A stretch of 32,376 nt of DNA from Octopus bimaculoides. Its lineage: Eukaryota. Positions 11,124-21,216 of the stretch are shown here, in pieces. Location: NCBI RefSeq assembly GCF_001194135.2, contig NC_068981.1, positions 53,155,868-53,188,243 of the forward strand, given 5' to 3'. The translations under genes were made by a program, and so were the position numbers. Each line of letters starts with the position of its first letter. Positions within the stretch are counted from its first letter, which is position 1. The notes beneath the pieces were generated by a model. The model did not search any database. It was not told the origin of the DNA and saw only the letters and a list, made by a program, of their open reading frames with translations.

Positions 11124-12664
11124 CATTTGTGTATGTATGTGTGTACTGTTGTTTAAAATTTACCAGTGCTCCCTAAGAGTTCTAGTTAAACAGTTGAAGA
11201 TTTTTTTGAGGACATGGATAAGTCATAGTTCCTAATTTGCAATACTTGTAGGCTAAGCTTATTCTGTTTGTTTTCCTCAACCACCCATATTATTGACTGC
11301 TGTAGAAGTATTTATACCATCCAAGCTCCTACAGTCTTCTCTTCACTTGGAATAAGATCCATATCCTCTACTTTCGTCTTTTATTCTTAGCACCTGGACT
11401 CCCATACAATGACAAGTGTAGTTTACTGGAAAAGACTCAGAACTATTTCAAGGACGAGAGGACTTACTATTTTTTTTTTTTTGTCAGTCTTTCCATGTGA
11501 GGATAGTTAGCTCTCATATGGAAAACTACTGACATCTTTTTTATGTCTTCCATCTCCAAATTGGTTGTGTAAAATTTTCATGATTGCCAGTGGTAGTATA
11601 TAAAATATTTGCTGTTTTAAAATGTTTCTAGGATCAATGAGTTTGTAATGTTATGAGTTAACTTATTATTTCACACTTTGTGCTTTATTTATCATTTGTT
11701 GAAAGCATTTTCTTGATGTGGCATTCAAAGGTACATGCTTCATTTACTGACATCTTAATGTATTTTTTGAATCTTCATTTCAATTTTGATTGGAAGGATC
11801 CTTACAAGATCCTCACAACTAAGCTGGATGATGTAAAAGAGACACCTGAAATTAAATATATGACATCTAAATTAGAATTGATTGGAAATAAAAGATACAT
11901 ATTGAAAATAATTACTTGGTAATTATTTTACTTTTGTATAGTTTTCTGTTTCTGAGCACTCAGTATAGTAGTCAATTTGTAACAAGCATTTTTAATTATT
12001 GATTCAAAGCTTGTGTCATAGATTTTTAGAAAATATATACCCTAACAAATAGTTTTCTTTAAAATGCATCATATGGAAAACATCAATATTTTCTGAAAAT
12101 AACAAAATATCTAATAATATAAAAAGTTTAAAAAATTTTAAACTGAAACAATACATCAGCCAAATTTTAAATTCTTCTGAAAATGGAAATATTTTAGACA
12201 TTTGATATAAGTGGTATTTCCTTAAACATAAGTGTATTATATCTTCATATTACAGTTGCTAAGGCATAGTTGGCGAAGTAATATCAAAATGTTTGGGTGT
12301 TTTTTTCAAGATCCAGTTATACTAGTAGTTACAGAGTAGTTCAAATTAGATACTGAAGCCTCCAAGTTTACAGTAAGACTTAATATTTTACCTGTTTTAA
12401 CTTGTATGTAAGTAAAATTCATAAAACACTAATTTATGAGATTTTTGACATATGAACAGGAATTTCATTCTTTCAGCATGAAGTTAACTCGATACAGAGA
12501 ATCCACTTTTTATTTTGGATTATTTAAAGATAAAGTATTATACTTTCATTGACTTATGTACTAATTTATATAAAATTTCCTAATATATAATTTCATGAAA
12601 TTAACTTGTATTTTTTTAATTTTGTGTTCTTTTTATTTCTGTAGAATTCTGACATGGTTGCGGA

Positions 12665-12767
12665 ATGGAGTTGTTCAAGCTATTTTTATTTGCTGTTCTC
12701 TCTGCATTCAGTGAAGCTTTCCAAAAGCCTCCTACCGTCCTGATTCACAAGGCCAATAATTTAGAAA
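12665..12767 (+). CDS. HEXA/HEXB: Beta-hexosaminidase (GH20) coding exon 1, signal peptide
   Basis: Acceptor TTTCTGTAG ends at 12644 and an in-frame TGA at 12650-12652 precedes the ATG. Reads MELFKLFLFAVLSAFSEA-FQKPPTVLIHKANNLE (hydrophobic core, S-E-A cleavage site). Phase-1 donor A|GTAAAT joins in frame to 13240. Confidence 0.8.
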
Positions 12768-12881
12768 GTAAATGAAATTCATTTAAATTATTTTCTTTAC
12801 AATAGCTGTAATTTATGCAATAATTTAGAAAGTAAATTAAATTCATTTAAATTATTTTCTTTACAATAGCTGTAATTTATG
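12754..12881 (+). repeat. 64-bp tandem duplication spanning the exon-1 splice donor
   Basis: 12754-12817 and 12818-12881 are identical except one base (G12774 vs T12838). Confidence 0.95.
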
Positions 12882-13239
12882 CATTTAATCCATATGAGTG
12901 GGGAATCAGTAATATCTTGAGATATTTGTTCTGGTTTTTGATACTCTGAATTAATGGGTAATAGGCATGATCCTTCACACAATTCAGTTTTGCTAGCTGA
13001 TCCTCGGGTGCCTTTAACAGAGTTCACTCTGTTGCAAGCATCCAGGTCAGATCTTCAACTTGAAGAGAACCCCCTTCCTTCCTACCACCAGTCTAAGAAT
13101 CCCAGAAAGCAAGAGAGTCATTGGTATTCCCCATCCTTCTCTCATTAAAGAGTAAAAAAAAATAATTATCAATAGCTTTACATTCATTTAAATAAATCAA
13201 CTCATCTTTTATATTAACTTTTAAACATTTCTGTTGCAG

Positions 13240-13992
13240 ACTCATGGAAAAATTCACAAGTAAACTTAAGTCAAAACCATTGGGCACCCAACATAAAATA
13301 TCATGCAAGACTCGGTGATCAGGCAAATGGAGCTGCTGCTGCCAACCAGGCTGCAGAAGTTTCATTAGATGTCCTAAAAGATACATTGAAATCTAGTCAT
13401 AGAGTTGCAAATGCTGATGAAAATGTTAAAAATAATGGTATTAACCATAAAGCATTCAACAATAAGATTCCTAGCCTTGAAATCAACATTCCAGTGAATC
13501 GAGAACAACAGCCTTCACACAATGATTTTGCAGACAAGGAACACTTAAACCAAGAAGAATCCCATGGAAAAAGTCGTATTGTTTGGGATTGGCATGATTT
13601 TTCAATCAATATGGAAGATTATGTTGTTCCAGAACAAAAAGTACGTCGATCACCTATTAGTACATCGGGTGAACCTTGGCCATTACCACAATATTACATC
13701 AAGAAACCTAAGGTTCTCCAATTTTCTCCAAATTTTAAATTTGTTTATTTAAAGCATAGCTGTGATATCATAGACCATGCCATCACACGTTACCGAAAGT
13801 ACATTCTTCAAGATTCATTACCAGATCTATTTTATAATAATCTGAAGAATGCACATGGGTTTCATTTCGAAGAATCAATTAATAAATATGAAAGCAAAAT
13901 ATACAAGAATGCTCCTGTCATAACAACCTTTCAGATTGACATTCACACTCCTTGTGAAGGCTTATATCCTTCAGATAAAACAGAGGAGTCTT
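13240..13992 (+). CDS. HEXA/HEXB: Beta-hexosaminidase coding exon 2 (long pro-region plus GH20 domain I)
   Basis: Acceptor TGTTGCAG, 753-nt open frame containing GEPWPLPQ, CDIIDHAITRY and PCEGLYPSDKTEES; donor T|GTAAGT, phase 1 to phase 1. Confidence 0.9.
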
Positions 13993-14466
13993 GTAAGTAT
14001 AGAATATATTTTATACGGATCTTTTTATTATACAATAATGATTTAAATTTGAATTTTAAAAAATAATAAGAGAAGGAAGCTTTAAATCTTTTAATGTAAA
14101 GGTTGGCTAAAAGAATGTTGTGGAAAGCTTGAGAAGTGATATTGTTCAGTTGTGTTTGTTTAGCCCCAGGTCAGCCCTGATTAAGCAGAACTACAAAGGC
14201 ATTCAAGATTTGACCAGCCTGTCTTTTATCTTAAGATATACTTTTCCAACATATACTGGTCTCCTTTTTAATATGTTAGAGTCTGATTTGACAGAAATAT
14301 GGTTACTATTTCTTGCAGGTCAAGCAACTGCCTAGAAACTCTTCTGTTGATTTGGTATTTTGTTTAGTAAAATGGATAGCACTGAAATTATTAAAGCAGC
14401 CATTATTTTTTTATTTCACTAACTATTAAATATTATTTACATTATTTACAATTGACAGATATTTGT

Positions 14467-14915
14467 CTCAGTGAGGCCTAATGTTCGAAGGTCCTACATC
14501 ACCACCTCAACACAGGTCTTCCTGGGTCTACCTCTTCCACAGGTTCCCTCAACCACTAGGGTGTGGCACTTTTTCACACAGCTTTCCTCATCCATTCTCA
14601 CCACATGACCATACCAGCACAGTCGTCTCTCTTGTGTACCACATCTGATGCTTCTTAGGTCCAACTTTTCTCTCAAGGCACTAACACTCTGTCGAGTATG
14701 CACACTGACATTACACATCCGGTGGAGCATACTGGCTTCATTCCTTGCAAGTTTACACATGTCCTCAGCAGTCATGACTGTTTATACACATGCATCATAC
14801 AGTCTACCTTTTACTCTGAACGAGAGGCCCTTTGTCACCAGCAGAGGTAGAAGCTCTCTGAACTTTGCCCAGGCTATTCTTATTCTAGCAGCTGCACTTT
14901 CAGAGCACCCAGCTG
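14467..14915 (-). mobile_element. RTE-type LINE fragment (RT C-terminus), no 3' tail
   Basis: Reads ARIRIAWAKFRELLPLLVTKGLSFRVKGRLYDACV, then ORF 14494-14775 with RRLCWYGHVVRM and GTCGRGRPRKT. Confidence 0.88.
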
Positions 14916-15315
14916 GCCTGGGATGTTATATTTGACTTCCAAAATGGAAATTGTTTTATGACAGAATACAAGAAAACAAGTAGATGAAAGTGGAGAGATT
15001 AAACTCACATATCTAAATAATGCTTTGGGATCAAATGTAGTGTGTGAAATAAATAAAATAAGTGGATTAAAATCTAATTGTACTGACATGAAGTTTCTAA
15101 AACAGGATGTAGTCTTTTATGTCAGATTGAGAAATGGTAAATTATTTCAATTGAAGTTGACAGTTGTTGTTAGAAATATACCTAGCATTAAAATTTATAG
15201 TTTCTTTCAATTGTGAGGAGGCTTGATAGCTTCAAATAGCTATAGTAATTTTTCTTAATGTATTGTTCTGTATTTTGAAATTGATATTATTGACTAGATT
15301 GCTACTTTTATTTTT

Positions 15316-16520
15316 TCATCATCATCATCATTTAATGTTTGTTTTCCATGCTGTCATGGGTTGGATTGTTTAACAAGAGCTGCCCAAGCTCCAATTGTCT
15401 GTTTTGGCATGGTTTCTATGGCTGGATACCCTTCCTAATACCAACCACTTTACAAAATGTACTGAGTGCTTTTTGTGTAGCACTGGCACTGATGCTTTAT
15501 ACATGACACCGGCACAGGTGCTTTTTACATGGCACCAGTACGGGTGCTTTATCCATGGCACCAACACCCCGAAGCCTGCAAGAAAAGGAACTCTCATCTA
15601 GGGGAGGAAGTGAGGGGCATGGCCATAAAGGACATGCCTGTATGTATGAATGGCCACGATTTTACTTAGTTTGACGTGTCTTCTCAAGAACAGCAAATTG
15701 CCAGGTGTCACAGTCCCATATCTCTTCAGTGAGGCCTAACATCTAAAGAGCCTTTCTCATTGCTTCATCACACGTCTTCCTGGGTCTACTCCTTCCACAA
15801 GTTCCCTCGACATTTAGAGATCAGCACTTCTTTATGCAGCTGTCCCTATCCATGCATATTAAATGACCATACCAGCTCAGTTCTCTCTCTTGCACACTAC
15901 AACTGATGCCTCTTATACCCAATTTTTCTCTTAAATCCCTTACACTCTGTCATACATGCACACTGACAATACCCATCCAGCAGATCATACTGGCTTCATT
16001 TGTTTCAACTCTTACATGTCCTCTATAGTCATAGCCCATGTTTCACTGCCATGTAGCATAACTGTATGTACACAGACATCATACAATCTGCCTTTCACTC
16101 TGAGGGAGAAGCCCTTTGTTACCAAAGGTAATAGCTCTCTGAACTTTGCCCAGCCTGTTCTTATTCTAGCAACTACACTTTTGGAATTTCCCCCTCCTCT
16201 GCTAACTTGGTCACCCAGGCAATGGAATCTGTCTACTACTTTTAAGGATACCCTCGGATTTTTGAGGAGGTCTATTCTCTGTGCATTCTTAGTGTTTATT
16301 ATACCTGCGCATCTGCCACATGCAAAGACTACTTTCTCTGTTAACCTTCCCATGACACTTCTACCCCTCTTATGTGTCCATAGGTTGCACTGGGTACACC
16401 ATATGGAGTTTATATCAACACCTTTCCTACATATCAAGCAGGGTCATCCCCCTGAAGTGATTTGTGGTTTGTCTGTTTTCCTACTTATTAGGACTTTGGT
16501 CTTTGCTAAAGACCCTTAGA
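15316..16520 (-). mobile_element. 5'-truncated RTE-type LINE with PHD-like finger, RT C-terminus, 3' UTR and (GAT)n tail
   Basis: KTKVLIS...*PCLICRKGVDINSIWCTQCNLWTHKR...CGRC...RIRTGWAKFRELLP...LHGSETW (ORF 16012-16437), then a 3' UTR shared with other copies and a (TCA)n tail on + at 15316-15330. Confidence 0.9.
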
Positions 16521-17689
16521 TTTCATACCTTGCTTCCACTAAATTCTCATTCACCCAAGTAGTTAGCATGTGAAAAATAAATCTGCCACTACTTTTTTTG
16601 AAAATGATTTATGTTTTTATCATATAAAAGCCCAAAATTTTCAGTAGTTTTGTAATATATATTAGATTATGTGAAAGCAATTCTGCTTAATACTGACTGT
16701 ATCTTTTTCACATAAAGAACATTATGACACACATAGATGTAAACTCCTATATGATTCCCACAATTCCATATACGTTAAATTTAACACGTTTACTTTCTCT
16801 AGCTATACCCTTTGGTTTCATCTACACTAATGTGCCGAATTTCATACATAATAAAACTATTCTAACTTGCCCAACATCGAAATAAGATTATAAAAAGATA
16901 TGTAACCATAGTTAACTTTCTGATACAAGTACAAAACTGTCTTGCAACAAATTTTAGGATTCATGTGAAAATATTTCCTGTAATTGCATTTATACTGCTA
17001 TCATTAATTTATTGTGATTTTAACATTTTATTCTGGGTTGGAAGTCTCTTTTTTTTTAAATGGTCATGTTATATTTATTTCATTTAGTTTATTCTCTCAG
17101 TGCAAATCTATCGTGATAAAGTTGTTTTTTTTTTATGTTTGTTTGTTAGGATATTTCTGCAGTGAAGGGTAAGGAGCATGTTGGATTGTGTTGAATTGTG
17201 GGGTTCATCAAACCAACTTGTAGTGTTGTTATATAGATAGTAGTATTGTTATATAGCCAGTAGTTATAATGATGATTAATATTCCTGATTAATTGTATTT
17301 TTTAAAACCATTACAATAAAACATTATTCATAAACCCCAAATAAAAATAATGCTAAATTATAATTTATAATGTTCCTTTAGATAGAAAAAGCCACATACA
17401 AAGACTTGTTTGTCTGGTTAATAATCAATAATAATAAAAGATTTCTTTACATTGTGTTTTTGCATAGATGAACAGACAATTGTAAATTCTGGGCTATATA
17501 GCCATTATGTAATCTGATTTATGTTTTTGTTGTTTTGCTTGTTTCTTTGATCTCTCATTTATGAAAAAAATGTTATCAGATCACTAGGAGCACCATATTT
17601 AGAGTCATTCTCTCTTGAGTTCAGTGTTCTTACAGTCAGCCATCTGTTGATCTGCATTTCAATACTGCCCTTAACTGCAACCTATACTA

Positions 17690-17880
17690 GTCAGCTCTGT
17701 TTTCATTTGATCTATTAACTAGTAGCCTTTATGATTTCCCTCTTTACAGTTATATCCTTAAACTTTATATCAGTTGATTATGATGCTGCCTCACTAATGT
17801 TTTAATCCTTCCATGATTATGTGGAAATCCATCCTGATACTTTGGTGTTATCTTGACCTTAATTGCTTTATAATTAACTC
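17690..17880 (-). mobile_element. Highly decayed RTE-type RT fragment
   Basis: Minus strand SIIIN*YKV*G...NHKG..LIDQM resembles STIINCYKGKGD..NYR.IKLLDQVM of the 1-360 copy. Boundaries are uncertain. Confidence 0.45.
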
Positions 17881-17915
17881 ACCCTCTCTCTCTCTCTCTC
17901 TCTCTCTCTCCTAAA

Positions 17916-17976
17916 GTAAGCTCTCCTTATCATATTGTAAGCTCTCCTTATCATTTTGTAAGCTCTCCTTATTTTG
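17916..17976 (+). repeat. 21-bp minisatellite, ~3 copies
   Basis: GTAAGCTCTCCTTATCATATT units starting at 17916, 17937 and 17958. Confidence 0.92.
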
Positions 17977-18584
17977 ATCAACAGCTTAACATATTTTTTT
18001 GTTATCCCTGAGGCAAGTATGCAGCTACCATTTCAGACAAGCTCCACTGTCAGGCAGTTTTGTATGTTTCTCACTCACTTTTATATCTATGAAAAGGAAT
18101 ATAGGCATCTATAAAAACTTGTTAATCCTTACCAGATATGCACTATCTGAAACCTATCATATATCTTTCATATAGCTGATAATGGCACTGAACCCCTTTT
18201 CACTCAGGACTAACTTGAGCAATGCAACAGTTACTCCTCTAATGATGCTTTCTCTGTTAATACTGTTTTTGTTTATATTTACATAATTAGCCTTAAGTCT
18301 AATTTTTTTAAAAATCCTTTGCATCATTATTTTGCATGTTTTTGTTTTGATTCTCCCTTTGATATTATGAAGAAGATTTGATCTAAAATAGTATCAAGGA
18401 GCACTAAGATAAAAAGAAATAAGTGTTAACGTGATAAGGTGATATTAGTAGATCTAATGCCTAATGTGTAGTAGGTATCAACAGAAGAAGTGTGAGTTTA
18501 AGTCTCAATGGACACTCACATTTCAAATCCTTTCCAGAATTTATTTTGTGTTTTGATGCAGTCATTCTGTTTAAATATGTTTGC

Positions 18585-18625
18585 ATGTGTGTGGGTGTGT
18601 GTGTGTGCGTGTATGTGTGCGTGCA

Positions 18626-18658
<33 letters not shown>

Positions 18659-18693
18659 GTAAAATGAATAAGAATATAATATAATATATACAT

Positions 18694-18751
<58 letters not shown>

Positions 18752-18876
18752 CACACACATATACATACATACACACACACACATATATATATGTATGTAT
18801 ATGTATATATATGTATGTATATGTATATATATGTATGTATATGAATATATATGTATGTATGTATGTATATGTATGC

Positions 18877-18913
<37 letters not shown>
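18585..18913. repeat. Compound (TG)/(TA)/(CA)/(TATG) microsatellite
   Basis: Direct reading; source of the spurious YIYI ORFs. Confidence 0.97.
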
Positions 18914-18919
<6 letters not shown>

Positions 18920-20130
18920 TTGCTCTTTCTTGTGAAATATATAGAACTGCTAAAAAGAAGTACTCAGATCGAACCCAAAACAAAAGATAAGAATTAAGAT
19001 ATAAACTCAAATTGTTTTTCAGGATCTTGAAAGCTAATTTTCCAAAGCACCACAAGTATTACTCAATTTGTAATAAATCTTTGATAAAATTCTTCTACTC
19101 TGCAACGCCTAATCTAGGATCTATTATAGCTTCCATAAATAGAAGTAAAATAAAACGTCAATCGAATAAGGACTCCAATACTAATAATGTACCTAATGTA
19201 GACTCTGGTAACAAGAACAAATCTAGAATAATAAAGCTAAGTCAATCTAAAATTAATAATGTTAATTCAAGTCAACCTTTGGTAGTCACCAATCTTGCCA
19301 ACCCACTCCCAAAAAATAAAAAAACAAAAAGACAATAACAGGAATGATAGAACAAATTTAGAAAAAAACTTGTAGCTGTAGAGTGCCTGAATCATGTCCA
19401 CTTGCCAGTTCATGTCTTCAGAAAAATGTGGTGTATAAGTGTACAGTAACAGTAAATAACCAAAAAACAAAGGTTTATATAGGAAGACTGTTGATTTAAA
19501 GAGGAGATATAGAGCCCATTTAAATTCCTCTCACCTCATATATACACCACCTAAGAGATAGCAACACTGATTATTCTTTATCCTGGTCCATAATTGCAGA
19601 GGTGTCCTCTTGTAGTGCTACTTCGAATAGATGCAGGTTATGTATAAGGGAATCATACATTATCTTTAGATCATTTAGTTTAAATACATTAAATAAATTC
19701 TCTGCTGCAATTCCCTCATGTTGTCATAAATTCCATTCCACTTTCTTGAAAAATTATAGAACTAAACATATTGAAGGATTTGGAAGAGTGCCTGCAACTT
19801 GAAACTTTTTATCTCTTAGTACATTGAAAATTTCATTGTGCTGTGTTTAGTCAGAATTAAGTCTCAATAGGTTAATGTACTTGTCCCACCATTCCATGCT
19901 CACCACTCATTTGCATACGTAGAGAAAAAATTTTTTTTTTTTATATATCCATCATTCTGTAAGAATCAAATGTATCAAGGATGTAATTTTATGAGGATAC
20001 CTTTCCTGATGAAGGGGACGTTTTCAACATGGCTTGTAAGATTTATTAATTTTTCTACTAGGACATAAACTCTAGAAACAGCCGTTGAAAGTGAACCTCC
20101 TCGAACTATATTATATACCTTATATACCAT
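18914..20130 (+). mobile_element. Decayed, 5'-truncated Penelope-like element with C-terminal GIY-YIG endonuclease
   Basis: Frameshifted + strand pieces: [42 protein letters not shown] (19012 onward); CSCRVPESCPLASSCLQKNVVY...KVYIG (19371-19484); KTVDLKRRYRAH; LTSYIHHLRDSNTDYSLSWSII...RCRLCIRESYII...LNKF....SCCHK (to 19802). A hammerhead motif follows. Confidence 0.82.
19993..20099 (+). ncRNA. Type I hammerhead ribozyme motif (candidate)
   Basis: Core CTGATGA 20006-20012 and GAAA 20075-20078. Stem I CTTTC/GAAAG (20001-20005/20087-20091) plus GAGG/CCTC (19993-19996/20096-20099) across an internal loop. Stem II AGGG/CTCT. Short stem III AC-AGCC-GT. Cleavage triplet GTT 20084-20086. Confidence 0.72.
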
Positions 20131-20427
20131 TTATATTTTTAAAAAAACACACTGAACTCTATGGATCTTTTAATTGAAATTCGTAACTGCTCTTAATTTC
20201 AGTATGAAAAAAATTTTTTCAGTCCTCTTTTTCTCACACTTATTTCCATATGTATCCTGCATGGGTTTTATTTACATGTATTTTTATGTATATTTATATA
20301 TTTATATTTTATGAATATTTAAAAAAATATTCGTGTGTTGGTATGTATTAATATATGTATACGCATTTTAAGTCAAATTTATAAATGTATGAGTATGATT
20401 GTCTAATTTGAGTTTATATCTTAATTC

Positions 20428-20428
20428 T

Positions 20429-20486
<58 letters not shown>

Positions 20487-20545
20487 TACACACATATATA
20501 TATATATATACACACACATATATACATATGTATATATGTGTGTGT
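20428..20545. repeat. Compound (TG)/(TA)/(CA) microsatellite
   Basis: Direct reading. Confidence 0.95.
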
Positions 20546-20680
20546 AGAATCCTCTTGGGAAATTATGATTAATAGGAATGGGCTAAAAGCCAAGCCTTGG
20601 TGAACTTGTGTGCTAAATTCATCATTGAACACATTGCTGACTTTGTTCCTGTACATTATTTGCACCACTCTCACAAGCTA
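20546..20680 (-). mobile_element. Short RTE-type RT fragment
   Basis: LVRVVQIMYRNKVSNVFNDEFSTQVHQGLAFSPFLLIII (start of ORF 20414-20674) resembles the RT GVHQGS.LSP.LF motif and continues the EEWLVR end of the 1-360 fragment. Confidence 0.65.
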
Positions 20681-21103
20681 TTCACCTATTTCTAGTTTTC
20701 TTTAAGACCATAAGACTACAGATTGTGGTACTCTGTCAAAAGCCATCTCCAGATCAACAAACACTTAGAGAATTACTCTTAGCTAAAAATTACTTTCACA
20801 GTTGTATCACTATGAAAAGAGCATCAGTTGTTCTCCAGCTTGACACAAATCTGAACTGCAGCTTCTCTAAGCTGATTCTCTTCCTAATTAATTCTCCTAA
20901 TATTCTTGCCATTACTTTCATAATCTTTATAAATATTTCTGTTTCTTTTTAATTAAGAGTTTTCGCATTCTGTTCTATCTGTGTTGGACTCTTTTTTTTT
21001 TTTTTTAGTTATTTTACTTTTTGTTTGCTTATCATAATTTTTATTCAAAAGAAAATGAATCTTAAGATGCACTATACTGTCATTTGTTTTCTTCTTTTGT
21101 TAG

Positions 21104-21216
21104 ATGATTTGGTTATTAAAGAATCTGGTTGCTATCTGTCTGCCAAGCAAGTATGGGGAGCCCTGCGTGGCCTGGAGACACTTAGCCAATTAATTGTAAA
21201 AAGTCCAGATGGTGAT
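21104..21216 (+). CDS. HEXA/HEXB: Beta-hexosaminidase coding exon 3
   Basis: TTTGTTAG acceptor; (Y)DLVIKESGCYLSAKQVWGALRGLETLSQLIVKSPDGD with the GH20 VWGALRGLET motif; donor GTAAGC; phase 1 to 0. Confidence 0.95.

Noticed and set aside
12477-12534. Possible upstream coding exon (ATG at 12478)
   Set aside because: Its weak donor would splice into the uORF frame, and the main frame has a TGA at 12650-12652, so it cannot extend the enzyme.
13993-14066. Tail of ORF 13386-14066 (CKYRIYFIRIFLLY...)
   Set aside because: Read-through past the GTAAGT donor; GH20 homology resumes at 21104.
15465-15562. CRISPR-like palindromic repeat-spacer pattern
   Set aside because: Spacers are only 6 nt and similar to each other, the array sits inside a LINE UTR in a eukaryotic intron, and there are no cas genes.
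16444-16446. In-frame TGA before the Cys-rich finger as possible selenocysteine
   Set aside because: The position corresponds to a conserved Trp (TGG to TGA) in a decayed copy with other lesions; no SECIS evidence.
18461-19055. ORFs rich in YI/VC/HT dipeptides (also 5489-5746 and 20414-20545)
   Set aside because: Translations of microsatellites, which lack stop codons.
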